64,000 nucleotides of DNA from Desulfobacterales bacterium (GCA_963674755.2 CAXXVS010000001.1:480001-544000); one strand, 5' to 3'; counted from the first letter of the stretch, positions 8,007-18,517 are shown. Notes: a model not told the origin generated them from the sequence alone. Numbers and translations are program-made.

Positions 8007-8552
8007 ATGCTATGCCCGGTTTGTAAAAGAGCGACCTTATTTTCGAAGACGGTTTTGGAATCCCTTGCGATGGCATGTTGTACCGAATGCAAAGGGAAAT
8101 GGCTTTCTTCCGCTTCATATTGGTCCTGGCATGACACACTGAAGGGCGAGCGGCCTAAAAAGGAGTATTCGGATTTCACGTGTGAGGTGCATGACGCGCC
8201 CGAGGCGAAAATTTGTCCGGATTGCGGCCGGATTCTCATCAAGTTTAAAGTCGGACACGGGATCGATTTTAAGCTCGACCATTGCAACGGCTGCAACGGC
8301 GTTTGGTTTGATGAGAACGAGTGGGAAATGCTGGAGAGTCGAAATCTCCATGACGAAATCCATAAAATCTTCACGACCGCTTGGCAAAATGAAATTCGTA
8401 TAGAAGAAAAAAACAACTATTTCGATGAGATGTATCAGCAGAAGTTCGGCAGCGACTATTTGAAGATAAAAGAATTCAAAGCATGGATGGACGAGCATCA
8501 ATTGAAAACGACCATCCTGGCCTTTCTATCGGATCCCAAACCCTACGCATGA
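8007..8552 (+). CDS. Tandem zf-TFIIB-like zinc ribbon protein
   Basis: CPVC..C..C.GKW and CPDC..DHC..C.GVWFD..E; AGGAGG RBS. Confidence 0.85.
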   Translation: MLCPVCKRATLFSKTVLESLAMACCTECKGKWLSSASYWSWHDTLKGERPKKEYSDFTCEVHDAPEAKICPDCGRILIKFKVGHGIDFKLDHCNGCNGVWFDENEWEMLESRNLHDEIHKIFTTAWQNEIRIEEKNNYFDEMYQQKFGSDYLKIKEFKAWMDEHQLKTTILAFLSDPKPYA

Positions 8553-8660
8553 GCCACTGGACAAGGCGGAACAGGGTGATGGCAGCAGACGAGTCTGCCC
8601 TTTTGAAAGAACGATGCATCTGGTCAACCTTTTATTCCCAGCCTTTCCTCAGGTGATTCT

Positions 8661-9104
8661 ATGAAAAAGCTGGCTGTCTTAGCGGCACTTGGCCTGGCTT
8701 TATACGCCATCTTCCTTCTCAGTCCCGCTGCCCTTCACCATTTCGACGCCCCCCAGATCCGGCAACCCTCCGATAACCGTCTGATCGAACAAGCCTTTCA
8801 AAACAGGCAAAGCAACTTGCAGGTTCGGGGGGAGGGGATCGTTGTCGCCATTCTGCCGGACGACACCAAAGGCCGGCGGCACCAGCGCTTCATTATCCGG
8901 TTTGCTTCCGGACAGACCTTGCTGGTGGCCCATAACATCGACTTGGCCCCCCGCGTCGATTCCCTGGCCAAGGGCGATGCGATCGAATTCTATGGCGAGT
9001 ACGAGTGGAACGAAAAGGGCGGGGTGGTTCACTGGACCCACCACGACCCGGACGGCAGGCATGCGGATGGGTGGGTAGTTCATAGGGGGCGGAAGTATCG
9101 TTAG
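8661..9104 (+). CDS. DUF3465 family exported protein
   Basis: LPDD..G.RHQRFI, AHNIDLAP, GEYEWN.KGGVVHWTHHDP motifs. Confidence 0.85.
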   Translation: MKKLAVLAALGLALYAIFLLSPAALHHFDAPQIRQPSDNRLIEQAFQNRQSNLQVRGEGIVVAILPDDTKGRRHQRFIIRFASGQTLLVAHNIDLAPRVDSLAKGDAIEFYGEYEWNEKGGVVHWTHHDPDGRHADGWVVHRGRKYR

Positions 9105-9250
9105 TGCCCATCCAGAGATGGCATCTTTTGGCCCAGCCCAGCGTTCCCGCTCTTCTGAAATCCTCGCTCTAGCTCGCTGCGGTCTTGGCGTTCGAAAAAT
9201 TTTGCTCTTTGCGGTTTTCCACTTATCTTTAGCCGATTGGGCCAGATATG
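9104..9250. repeat. Degenerate copy of a MITE-like palindromic repeat (same family as 35246-35389)
   Basis: GGCATCTTTTGGCCC...GCGTT...AATCCTCG motifs shared with the 35.3-kb copy; internal IR TGGCCCA/TGGGCCA. Confidence 0.5.
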
Positions 9251-9329
9251 TTTTTCGCAAGCCGCAAGCCGCGGCCGGGTTTCAGGCGACCGTAAACAGA
9301 CACGCTATTTTTAAAAATAAGGAGCTAAA

Positions 9330-9800
9330 ATGAGACGTCGTTACATGGTAATTGGAATGTTGGCGGTGGTGGCATGCATGCTTGGTATCGGAACAACGCC
9401 CGTTTGGGCGGCCGACCTGAGCCTGGTCGGCCTGTTGACCCAAAATCTGGGGGTGACGACGGAACAGGCCGAGGGGGGCGCCGGGGCGATCTTGAATGCC
9501 GCGTCCAAGAATATGAGCAGCGATGAGTTCACGCAAGTTACCGATGCGCTGCCCGATGTGGCCCCATTGGTGAAAAATGCATCGACGAGCGATTCGGGCG
9601 CCGGTTCCTCGGGGGGGCTATCTTCACTGTTGGGTAATAGCCAAAGCTCCCTGTCGTCCCTGGCCGGTTTGGCCTCCACCTTTTCCGATCTGGGGCTTAG
9701 CAGCGATATGATTGGCAAATTTACTTCGGTCATATTGGAATATGCCCAATCCGAGGGGGGCAGCGAGATCGCCAATTTGCTTAAAGCGGCCTTGCAGTAG
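9330..9800 (+). CDS. DUF2780-like exported protein
   Basis: Signal peptide; LGVT.EQA.GGAGA.L and F..LGL...M motifs; AAGGAG RBS. Confidence 0.75.
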   Translation: MRRRYMVIGMLAVVACMLGIGTTPVWAADLSLVGLLTQNLGVTTEQAEGGAGAILNAASKNMSSDEFTQVTDALPDVAPLVKNASTSDSGAGSSGGLSSLLGNSQSSLSSLAGLASTFSDLGLSSDMIGKFTSVILEYAQSEGGSEIANLLKAALQ

Positions 9801-9989
9801 CCAGATTTTAAGGGAAACGAAAAACCGCCGACCGGTTTTTCGTAACCGGCCATCCCCACGAAATTCCAGGATTCGGAAGTCACCCGCTGGCTGGGCGACT
9901 TCCGGAAAATTCCCGCGGACATAAAACCGCAAATCTGTTTCCCGCGTTTTTCAATATTTTAGCAAACCAGTCCACGTTCCAAAGCCATA

Positions 9990-11240
9990 TCAGCGCGACG
10001 GCCGCAGGTAAGCGCCCCAATAGCCCAGGCCCACGAAGACGCCGCCGCCGATGACATTGCCGATGGTCACGGGGATCAGGTTCTTCACCACGAAAGCCCC
10101 CCAGGTGATGGTGGATGTGTCGATCCCCTCGGGCGCCAGACCGGCCCACCGGCTGAGGAAGATGCCCACCGGGATGAAGTACATGTTGGCGACGCAGTGC
10201 TCGAAGCCGATCGCCACGAAGCCCATGATGGGAAAGAAGATCGCAAAAATCTTACTGATCGTCTGGCGGGCCGCCAAGGCCATCCAGACCGCCAGGCAGA
10301 CCAGCCAGTTGCAGCCGATGGCCCGCACGAACGCTTCCCCGGCGTCCAGGTGCACCTTGGCGTAGGCGGTTTTCAAGGCCACCACCCCCAGCGCGCCGTT
10401 GCCCGTCTTCCAGAGCCCCGAGCCATAGAACAGGAGCGCCAGCAGAATGGAGCCCAGGAAATTGGCGCAATAGACCAAGCCCCATTTGGCGAGCACTTTC
10501 TGCCAGGTCGTGCGTCCGGTAACGACGCTGGACACCATGAGATTGTTGCCCGTAAACAGCTCCGCCCCGGCGATGACCACCAGCATCAGACCGAGGCTGA
10601 AGGCGGCGCCGGTGACCAGTTTCTTCAGGCCCAGTCCCAGGGACGGCGACATGTCGAACGTTACCGAGGCGGAGAACAGGCCGCCGAAGCCGATGTAGGC
10701 GCCGGCCATCACCCCCAGCACGAACAGAGACAGCCAGGGGGACGTGGCCTTGGCGACGCCCACCGTTTGGGCCACGGTTTCGGCGATGATCTTGGGCCCC
10801 TTGTCATCCAGGCTCGGGGTGGGGAATTTCTCCATGAATTTTTCGAAGAGCCCCAGGGTCTTTTTCTCCTGCAGCAGTTTGGCCGAGATCGCCTTGGCCA
10901 CGGCGGCCGAAATCTCCTCGGGCGTGAAAGGCTTGGGCAGGTAGTCCATGGCCCCCCGTTTCATGGCTTCGGTGGCGCGCTCCATGGCAGGGTACCCGCT
11001 GATCATCACCACCGCCGATTCCGGCGCATGGGTCTGGAGCTGCGAGACGACGTTCATGCCGTCCAGCTCCGGCATCTGCCAGTCGCACAGGATCACCGTG
11101 TAGGCTTTTGCTTTGGCCAGTTCGAGGCCGTCCCGCGGGTTCGTGGTGGTGGTCACCTCGAAGCCCTCCTGGCTGAAAATGCGCTGGCAGGAAGCCAGCA
11201 CCGCCGTATCGTCGTCTATGATCAACATCGTCTGTGCCAT
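9990..11240 (-). CDS. Receiver-domain / formate-nitrite transporter (FNT, FocA/NirC-like) fusion
   Basis: REC: IIDDD, ILCDWQMP, ISG, YLPKPF; FNT: AGAYIGFG, GAELFTGN, GCNWLVCLAVW, GFEHCVANM, PVTIGNVIGG; GGGAG RBS before MAQTML. Confidence 0.9.
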   Translation of the reverse strand: MAQTMLIIDDDTAVLASCQRIFSQEGFEVTTTTNPRDGLELAKAKAYTVILCDWQMPELDGMNVVSQLQTHAPESAVVMISGYPAMERATEAMKRGAMDYLPKPFTPEEISAAVAKAISAKLLQEKKTLGLFEKFMEKFPTPSLDDKGPKIIAETVAQTVGVAKATSPWLSLFVLGVMAGAYIGFGGLFSASVTFDMSPSLGLGLKKLVTGAAFSLGLMLVVIAGAELFTGNNLMVSSVVTGRTTWQKVLAKWGLVYCANFLGSILLALLFYGSGLWKTGNGALGVVALKTAYAKVHLDAGEAFVRAIGCNWLVCLAVWMALAARQTISKIFAIFFPIMGFVAIGFEHCVANMYFIPVGIFLSRWAGLAPEGIDTSTITWGAFVVKNLIPVTIGNVIGGGVFVGLGYWGAYLRPSR

Positions 11241-11311
11241 CTTCTTCTCCCTCCCGATATAGCGACTGTTGACGATCCTATCTGGTGCCCCTTTATACCG
11301 GTGGCTGGAGG

Positions 11312-11665
11312 CTACTGGCGCGTGTTGTGAACGGCCCGCAGCAGCTCCTCCGGCGTGAATGGTTTGGCGATGTGGTTGTCCGCCCCCAGGCGACGGCCGT
11401 TGGCGATGGTCTCGGCGGTGGAATAGCCGCTCATCATCAGGATCGGCAGGTTCGGCCGCAGCTGCCGGGCCCGGGCGATCATCGCGAACCCGTCCTGGCC
11501 GGGCATCTTGATGTCGGTGAGCATCAGGTCGAAATCGGCATCCGCCAGCAGCGAAGCTCCTTTCGCGACCGTGTCCGCCGTATGGATGTCCATGCCTTCC
11601 GCCTCCAGCACCCGCCGGCAACTCCTGACCACAATGGCATCGTCATCGACGATCAGCACCCGCAT
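11312..11665 (-). CDS. Single-domain response regulator
   Basis: LIVDDD, LTDIKMP, MSG and IAKPF conserved. Confidence 0.92.
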   Translation of the reverse strand: MRVLIVDDDAIVVRSCRRVLEAEGMDIHTADTVAKGASLLADADFDLMLTDIKMPGQDGFAMIARARQLRPNLPILMMSGYSTAETIANGRRLGADNHIAKPFTPEELLRAVHNTRQ

Positions 11666-13590
11666 GGTTGGCCCTCCGGGAGTCGCTGACCCCCCTCATC
11701 CAAAGGGTGGGTGGGCAGCCAGATGGTAAAGGTGGATCCTGCGCCGGGTTGGGATGTGACCGTGATGGTCCCGCCATGGCGCTGGATGATCCCCGCGGAT
11801 ACGGCCAACCCCAGTCCAGTGCCCTTGCCCACCGCCTTGGTCGTGAAGAAGGGATCGAACAGCTTGTCCATGTGGTCGGGCAGGATCCCCGTGCCCGTAT
11901 CGGCGACAATGATCTCCACCCCGCCCGCGTGATCCGCCCCGGCCTTGCAGGTCTCGATCCCGATGCGTCCACCGGCGTCCGTGGCGTCGAAGGCATTGAG
12001 CAGCATGTTGATCAGCACGCTTTGGCACTGGTTCCGGTCAAGAACCAGAACCGGGAGATCTGCCCCGGCCTTGAAGACCAGATCGATCCCCTTGATCAGG
12101 GCTTGGTTTTCCATCAGGCGCACACTGTCCGCTACCAGCCGGTTGATATCCAGGGCCGTGGGGCAGAGCTCCGTCTGGCGGGAAAAATCGAGCAGGCTCT
12201 TGACGATAGTCCGGACCCGTTCGGTCTGCTCGGCGACGACGGCCAGATCTTCACGCACTGCTTCGGGCAGGTCCGTGCGGCGCAGGATCAAGTGGGTAAA
12301 GGTCAGCACCGCCGTTAGCGGGTTGTTGATCTCGTGGGCCACCCCGGCGGCCAGTTTGCCGACGCTGGCCTGTTTTTCCGACTGGATCAGACGGATCTCA
12401 CTTTCCTTGTGCAACAGCTTTTCACGCTCGCGCAGGGCTGCCACCATGGTCATGAATTTCTCTTGCAGTTGACCGATGTCGTCGCTGGAAATCGGACCGA
12501 TGTCCGGATTGAGATTGCCACTGGAAATCTCCGAACTGGCACGGATCAGATGGCTTAACGGCCGCATGATGCGTCCGGTGAACAGCCAGCTGAGCCCAAT
12601 CGCGAGGATAACCCCCGCCAGGGTGATGCCGGCAAAAAGGGCGATGGCTTCGTTGCGGATGTCCACATACTTGGACTCCAGCACCCCCACATAGAGCATC
12701 CCCACCCGCCGGCCGTCGATATCGCTGAGCGGCTCATAGGCGGTGATATACCAGTCGTCCAGAACCCGGGCGCGGTCGGTCCACTTCTTCCCTTCCCCCA
12801 GCACCCGGCGGGCCACCGCCGGCGAGGAAAGGGTCCCCAGGGCGCGCCGCCCCGCGGGATCCTTGACGCTGGTGGCCACCCGCAGGTCGTTGTAGAAGAT
12901 CGTCGCCGTGCCCACATGGCGGTCTTTGTAGATCTCGTTCTTGAAAACGGTTTCGCCGATCTTGTCGACGATCGTGGTGTCGCCATTGAGCAGGAAGCCG
13001 CCGTAGAGCACACCGATCAGGCGCCCGTCTCCGGTGATGGGGACGGCTGCCCCGATGGTCAGACCGGCGGCCGTCGGAGGCACCGCCGCCATACGGCGAT
13101 TGGTGTCAAGGACCAGCTGCGGATTCTCAGCCCGCAGCTGGTCGCCGTTCAAGGCAACGGTTCCCGCCGCGGTGCGGTGGTTTGCCAGGACCCGTCGCAC
13201 CAGCGGATTGTCGCTGGGGGCGCCATCCGGGGCAGCGGCGGATGCGGTGCGGTAGATGATCCGGCCCTGGGAATCGACGATGCCCAGGAAATCAATCCGG
13301 ATACGATCGGCCAGGGCGGGGAGCGATGCCGGAACCAACGCGGGCCGGTCGGCCTGCACAGCTCTTGTCAGGCCCGGCGCCATGGTCTCCAGGACCCGTC
13401 GCACGGTGTTGACGCGGTCGTCGTAGATCAACCGCGCTACATTGAGATCCTGCCGGATGCGGTTGTTGGCTTCGTCGAGAACCGATTGGTAAAGCAGATT
13501 GCCGCCGACCAGGATCGATATCAGGGCGACGAGCAGTGAAACGGCAATCAGGCTGGCGATCAATTTGAACCGTATCGAGTGGATTTGCAT
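11653..13590 (-). CDS. Sensor histidine kinase (TM-Cache-TM-HAMP-HisKA-HATPase)
   Basis: AHEINNPL H-box, N box, DTGTGI, FDPFFTTK, GTGLGL; periplasmic ATIF..D.RVAT..GRRA.GT Cache-type motif. Confidence 0.93.
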   Translation of the reverse strand: MQIHSIRFKLIASLIAVSLLVALISILVGGNLLYQSVLDEANNRIRQDLNVARLIYDDRVNTVRRVLETMAPGLTRAVQADRPALVPASLPALADRIRIDFLGIVDSQGRIIYRTASAAAPDGAPSDNPLVRRVLANHRTAAGTVALNGDQLRAENPQLVLDTNRRMAAVPPTAAGLTIGAAVPITGDGRLIGVLYGGFLLNGDTTIVDKIGETVFKNEIYKDRHVGTATIFYNDLRVATSVKDPAGRRALGTLSSPAVARRVLGEGKKWTDRARVLDDWYITAYEPLSDIDGRRVGMLYVGVLESKYVDIRNEAIALFAGITLAGVILAIGLSWLFTGRIMRPLSHLIRASSEISSGNLNPDIGPISSDDIGQLQEKFMTMVAALREREKLLHKESEIRLIQSEKQASVGKLAAGVAHEINNPLTAVLTFTHLILRRTDLPEAVREDLAVVAEQTERVRTIVKSLLDFSRQTELCPTALDINRLVADSVRLMENQALIKGIDLVFKAGADLPVLVLDRNQCQSVLINMLLNAFDATDAGGRIGIETCKAGADHAGGVEIIVADTGTGILPDHMDKLFDPFFTTKAVGKGTGLGLAVSAGIIQRHGGTITVTSQPGAGSTFTIWLPTHPLDEGGQRLPEGQPCGC

Positions 13591-14198
13591 GGCCGCCCGT
13601 AAACAAGGATGGATTAGGGTCGTTCCCGGTTCCCGTGTCGTCCTTATTTGCAAAACTTACGCCTTACCCGGCAGGAGTGGATAGAAGGGCATATGCTCAA
13701 AACGATCGGGGTTGGTCTGGGAAGTTCGCGGACATGGGCGGGATGCAGGAATTAACCTGAATATTGAATGGGATCGGTGCCGCCGTCAGGTTTCGCTAAA
13801 CGATTGAGATGCGGTTATAAAAAACGCGACGCGCCGTCTGGCAGGGAGGCGCCGCCGGCCGGCAGTGTCAGGAAAATTTGCAGGTCGCTAAAAGTTCGGT
13901 CAGGGACGGTTACCAATAAACCGTCCGGTCAGCCCCGGGTCCGACAACCGGCCAGTGAAACACAGATGGCGCCAGCCCTTGATCATCGGCCAGGTAGCTT
14001 GAGGGCCCGGCCCGGGGGCAGGGGCTGTTGTCGCGGAAAGAGAGATTGAGTGCCAATCCGCTACGCATTTCGGGAAGCAACTGCCTACCAGGTTTACGAC
14101 TTTTTTGCTCGATCGATAACCGGGAGCAATTCCTGTTTTATGAAAAACAGACCTGAAACCAAAAGGTTAGATAGGCATTTCGGATGAGGGCCACCCGC

Positions 14199-14214
14199 TG
14201 GCACAAAATATGCT
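14199..14214 (+). promoter_or_regulatory. sigma-54 (-24/-12) promoter
   Basis: TGGCACAAAATATGCT, ~60 bp upstream of the 14275 ATG. Confidence 0.65.
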
Positions 14215-14274
14215 CTGGTGACACGTTCAACTGGCGACACGGCTAAATCGGCCACCATAAGCGGGAGAGGAACG

Positions 14275-14634
14275 ATGCAGGAGCACAGGGCAGTCAAGCT
14301 GAATGAGGGACCGGGGCGGCGGTTCGTGCGCAACTTCGACGTGCTGGAGCATATCGATCCCGAGCCGGACAGCTATGTGGACCTGGCCTACGAAACCCAC
14401 CAGAACCCTGAATACGTTCGCGTTTGCGCCTGCAACCATCACCCGAGCAAATCCATCCACGCCTACTTCTATACCCTTCCAGAAAACAGCGGCAATTTCA
14501 TTCCCGCCGACTTTAACGGGCGCACCATCAAAGCCTGCCTGAAGCCCTCCGAGAGCACGGTCATCCATTTCGAGGAAAAGAAACACAATCCGCGGCTGTT
14601 CCTGTTCAACGCGTTCTTCGCCGATGACCATTAG
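14275..14634 (+). CDS. Hypothetical protein (119 aa)
   Basis: Host codon usage; GGAGAGG RBS; downstream hairpin. Confidence 0.7.
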   Translation: MQEHRAVKLNEGPGRRFVRNFDVLEHIDPEPDSYVDLAYETHQNPEYVRVCACNHHPSKSIHAYFYTLPENSGNFIPADFNGRTIKACLKPSESTVIHFEEKKHNPRLFLFNAFFADDH

Positions 14635-15017
14635 CAGGATGTGAATAAAGGGCGCCGCAAGCCGAAATACGGCGTTGCCCGCCTAGTGGGAATTCGTATC
14701 CGGTTATTTGGGCTAAAGGGAGGGACCTTTCGTGAAGCCGCCGTTTCCCCTCTCTTGGGATGGTTGCGCTTTTCGCATCGGACGGCGCCTTGTTTTTCAC
14801 CCCTGTGGTTATTCACGGCCTGTTGATTTTGTGACGGCGCCTTACCGGAGAAAACGTCTTGAAAATATGAGCGCTCCAGGTGGACGACCGGATTGGGCCC
14901 GCAGCGGATACTGCTTGGCCGGAGGAAGCCCAATTCCACCACCCATTTCCCCCACGGCCGTGGGGGCGATATCGAAAAGCGGCCTTATCCCCCCCCCATA
15001 TAAAGGAGGACTTTGCA

Positions 15018-15686
15018 ATGCAACCCAAACGCCTCGCTATCCTTTTGGTCGGTTTTTTCCTTTTTCCGGCCTCCCTTTGGGCGCAGCCCGGAAACACTCA
15101 CATCAGTTTAAGGTATCAATTTACAGGCTGCCCGGTGCTGCAAACCGGCATTGAAACGGCCTGGGCGGCCGGGGCCGCCATGATGGTGGGATGGAAGGAG
15201 AACACGTGCCCTGATATTCACAGCGTTTTGCAGCGGGCGGGCGGACCGTATCCATCATACTACAGCAGCAACCGGACGCCCTCCTGCGAGGAGTTGTTCG
15301 AACTCTACAAAATTTTAGGGATGAAGACGGTTGAAGCGTTCAATCCCACCATCGAAGGATGGCGCACCATTTTAGCCGGCGGCCCGGTTTTAACGACGTT
15401 AGCCCATTATGACGCGCCAAGTCATGTCGTATTCCTCAACCGGCTGTATGAAGACACCGAGCAAGACCAAGCCTACTTTGGGTTTTTCGATCCATCCCGC
15501 GGTCGTCAAGCGGCGCTTCCTGTTGAAAATTTCCTTAATAATTTTGGAACCACGGCGGCCTATTGCAATGCCCATTTCGCTTATTGGCCGAATGCGTCTT
15601 TAGACGAGATGTTCAGACTGCTGCTGGAGCCCGAAGACACCATCGATGCGCCGGCGAATTTTGGTGTGGTACCCAATCGGCAATGA
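15018..15686 (+). CDS. Secreted papain-fold (C39/C70-like) protein lacking the catalytic Cys
   Basis: Signal peptide; Q.....AWAA...M in place of Q.....CWAA; SHVV and FDP motifs; AGGAGG RBS. Confidence 0.6.
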   Translation: MQPKRLAILLVGFFLFPASLWAQPGNTHISLRYQFTGCPVLQTGIETAWAAGAAMMVGWKENTCPDIHSVLQRAGGPYPSYYSSNRTPSCEELFELYKILGMKTVEAFNPTIEGWRTILAGGPVLTTLAHYDAPSHVVFLNRLYEDTEQDQAYFGFFDPSRGRQAALPVENFLNNFGTTAAYCNAHFAYWPNASLDEMFRLLLEPEDTIDAPANFGVVPNRQ

Positions 15687-16079
15687 CGTTGTGCGTGAAG
15701 GCGCGGTGGCGGAGACGCAGTCGACAGACCCCAAGGTGATCGGCGTGCAACCCTATTGCCGGACCCTGCGGCCGGCGGGCTTGCTTGCGACCGGTAGCCA
15801 GACCATCGGGCGCAAAGGGTATGATGGCTTCGCGATCTCGATCGTACGCGGCAGAGCACGATCTCCCCAAGAATGATCCTCCATATAACGTATTGACATG
15901 AATTGAGATTTCCCGTATCGAGCGGAAGACCTGAACCGGGCATTCCGTTTTACTGGTTGGAGAGTAAAAAGAGCCTCCCAGGGAGCGTTTCCCACCGGTC
16001 GTGCGGCACACGACCCTGCGTCTTGGTTGTTGGTCTGCCGGGCCTTCAGCCGGCCACTTTTATAAGGACACGCTGGATC

Positions 16080-17495
16080 ATGCGCGAATTTCTCGTCGTA
16101 TGCCGGGATTCCAGCCTCAAAGCGGATATCGTGGCGGCCATCGGAAACGATGCCGGGCCGGAAGGCCTGGCCTTCGAGGCGGTCGTGCCGCTGCTGGAGT
16201 CCCATCCCTATGAATATCTCTTTATCGAGTTTTCCGCCATTCCCGGGGCGGAGGGGGGAGCCGGCACCCGGGCCGACCTGCAGGCCCGTTTTGAACCCAT
16301 CTGGCGCCTGCGGCCTTCGCTTAAAATTATCGTGATCGTTACCCCGGAGCAGATCCGGGCCGGCATCGCCGCCATGGAGGCCGGTGCGGCCGGGTATCTG
16401 AAACTGCCCCTGAGCCAGGAGGAGATTCGCTTCATCACCCGGGATGTCTACGAAGGCGAGATCCTGGAATCGGAGCTGGATTATCTCCGGGAGCAGTTCT
16501 GGGAAGCGGACGTGCGGGAAATCGTGCGCACCCGCTGCGCCAATATGAACAAAGCCTACGACCTGGTGCGGTCCGTTGCGCCCACCCGCACCACGGTGCT
16601 GCTGACGGGCGAAACCGGCACCGGGAAAAACCTTCTGGCCAAACTGATCCATCGGCATAGCAATCGACGGGAGGCTCAGTTCATCAGCGTTCACTGCGGG
16701 GCCATCCCGGACACCCTTCTGGAAAGCGAACTCTTCGGTCACGAGAAGGGGGCTTTCACCGGGGCGGTGCGCCGCAAGATGGGCAAGTTCGAGATCGCCA
16801 ACGGGGGCACCATTTTCCTGGACGAGGTGGGCACCCTGACATCCGCCGCCCAGGTTAAGCTCCTGATGGTGCTGCAGGAAGGCCTGTTCGAACGGGTGGG
16901 GGGGGAGACGACCCTCAAGACGGACGTGCGTGTGATTGCCGCCACCAATGCCGACCTGAAACAAATGACCGAGGAGGGGCTGTTCCGCAAGGATTTGTTC
17001 TACCGTTTGAACGTTTTCCCCATCGAGCTGCCACCGCTCAGGGACCGCAAGCCCGACATCCCCCAGCTAGTGGAGGGTTTTCTCAAAAAGATGAGCGATT
17101 TCGGTCCCAAGGCCATCCGCAACGTGCATCCGGCGGTGGTCAATGCCCTCGGAGGATATCCGTGGCCGGGCAATATCCGCGAGCTGGAAAATCTGGTGGA
17201 AAGGGCCTATATCCTGGAGCCTTCCGATACCCTCACGCCGGAGAGTTTCCCGGCGGAATTTTTCGAAGACGAAAACGCTTCTGCGGAACTGGCCACTGAC
17301 ATGCACAACACGCTGGCCCAGGTCCGCGCGAGCGGTGTGGAAGAAATCGAGCGGCGCTACCTCAAGGACCTTCTCAGGCGCCACAAGGGCCGTATCAACG
17401 CTTCCGCGGAAGAAGCCGGCATTACCACCCGCCAACTGCACAAGCTGATGAAAAAATACGGCTTCCGCAAGGAAGCCTTCAAACACATGGCCTGA
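16080..17495 (+). CDS. sigma-54-dependent transcriptional activator with degenerate receiver domain
   Basis: GETGTGK, ESELFGHEKGAFTGA, FLDEV, WPGNIREL and a C-terminal Fis-type HTH. Confidence 0.93.
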   Translation: MREFLVVCRDSSLKADIVAAIGNDAGPEGLAFEAVVPLLESHPYEYLFIEFSAIPGAEGGAGTRADLQARFEPIWRLRPSLKIIVIVTPEQIRAGIAAMEAGAAGYLKLPLSQEEIRFITRDVYEGEILESELDYLREQFWEADVREIVRTRCANMNKAYDLVRSVAPTRTTVLLTGETGTGKNLLAKLIHRHSNRREAQFISVHCGAIPDTLLESELFGHEKGAFTGAVRRKMGKFEIANGGTIFLDEVGTLTSAAQVKLLMVLQEGLFERVGGETTLKTDVRVIAATNADLKQMTEEGLFRKDLFYRLNVFPIELPPLRDRKPDIPQLVEGFLKKMSDFGPKAIRNVHPAVVNALGGYPWPGNIRELENLVERAYILEPSDTLTPESFPAEFFEDENASAELATDMHNTLAQVRASGVEEIERRYLKDLLRRHKGRINASAEEAGITTRQLHKLMKKYGFRKEAFKHMA

Positions 17496-17693
17496 TAGTT
17501 TCCCCCCATGCAAAAGTGAATTTTCGATTCCGATTCTGCGGGAATCGGATCTGCCTGTACCCGTTTTGGAGAGAGGGGCGGCCTGCGCCAGGCTCACGGT
17601 GTGCGGGCGGGCACCTTTTGCCGGAACGGTTTACAAGTCATCCCGGCCCTGAACGGCGACGGCCCGCCCCCCGTGTCATCGAATTAGAGCGGA

Positions 17694-17709
17694 TGGCATA
17701 CCTGTTGCT
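17694..17709 (+). promoter_or_regulatory. sigma-54 promoter
   Basis: TGGCATACCTGTTGCT. Confidence 0.75.
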
Positions 17710-17769
17710 AAAAGTTTACTTCGAAGGACGGCTTCCCTCCCCCAGGCAACGGAAAGAGAGCACGGCAGC

Positions 17770-18015
17770 ATGGTCCAGGAAATTCATCTCACAGGGCTTC
17801 TGATACCGGTGGACTGGTATGGCAACGGCCGTGTCAAGGCGGTCGCCCTGGCCACCGACGACGAGAAGGAAATTTCCATCGGCGGGCCGTTGCGGGATCA
17901 TATCATCCATCACCTGCGCCAGCAGGTGGACCTCTGGGGGACCTACGAAGACCCGCTCGGGCAGACCGTTTTCCAGGTCAATCGTTTCCAGCCCAAACCG
18001 CCTCCCCAGAACTAG
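17770..18015 (+). CDS. Small hypothetical protein (OB-fold-like pattern)
   Basis: 81-aa ORF directly downstream of a sigma-54 promoter; host codon usage. Confidence 0.7.
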   Translation: MVQEIHLTGLLIPVDWYGNGRVKAVALATDDEKEISIGGPLRDHIIHHLRQQVDLWGTYEDPLGQTVFQVNRFQPKPPPQN

Positions 18016-18220
18016 GCATCGCCGGCCCCGCGGTTTTCCAATTCACAGGGCCAGGGAACCGGTCAGCGCGAAATTCAAAGGGGAGATAACGGGAAACAAC
18101 GGGGGTTGGCCGTCGCCGGCTGCTCCGGCAGCGGTGGGGCAACACGGTTTCCGACAACCAATGAAGGCAGGGGCTGACATCGTGCAGGCGGCTCCCCAAC
18201 CCGGCAGCGCCTTGGGCCGC

Positions 18221-18427
18221 TTATTCCTCCAAACGCCGGTCCCCTTTCTGGGATCGGCGATCGCCCCGGGCCGCGCCACCGGCCTCGCCGAGTTTTACCT
18301 TGTGTTGCCGGCAGGACGGGCAGCGGCGCGGCGGGTCGAACCCCTGGCGCTCGTGCCGCAGCTGCTCCTTGACGGTATATGCGAAGGGTTCATCACACTG
18401 CACACAAAAAAGCATTTGATCCTGCAT
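18221..18427 (-). CDS. Zinc-ribbon domain protein (CxxC-x17-CxxC type)
   Basis: LFCVQC...F.YTV.EQ......GF.PPRRCPSCR; GGAG RBS. Confidence 0.85.
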   Translation of the reverse strand: MQDQMLFCVQCDEPFAYTVKEQLRHERQGFDPPRRCPSCRQHKVKLGEAGGAARGDRRSQKGDRRLEE

Positions 18428-18517
18428 GGACGTTCTCCACAGATTGATCGCTAGACCGAATCTTTTCCTGACCGGCATTAGAGCATGAGGCCTGCTATCC
18501 AGAGTCCAAATTGATCC

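Noticed and set aside
11241..11621. N-terminal extension of the 543-aa ORF, or a frameshift fusing the small response regulator to REC-FNT
   Set aside because: The extension is low-complexity out-of-frame translation of the regulator gene; MAQTML has its own RBS and I saw no slippery site.
13700..14190. Riboswitch, ncRNA or ~52-aa minus-strand ORF in the long intergenic region
   Set aside because: Only generic GC hairpins; no recognisable aptamer consensus or convincing RBS.
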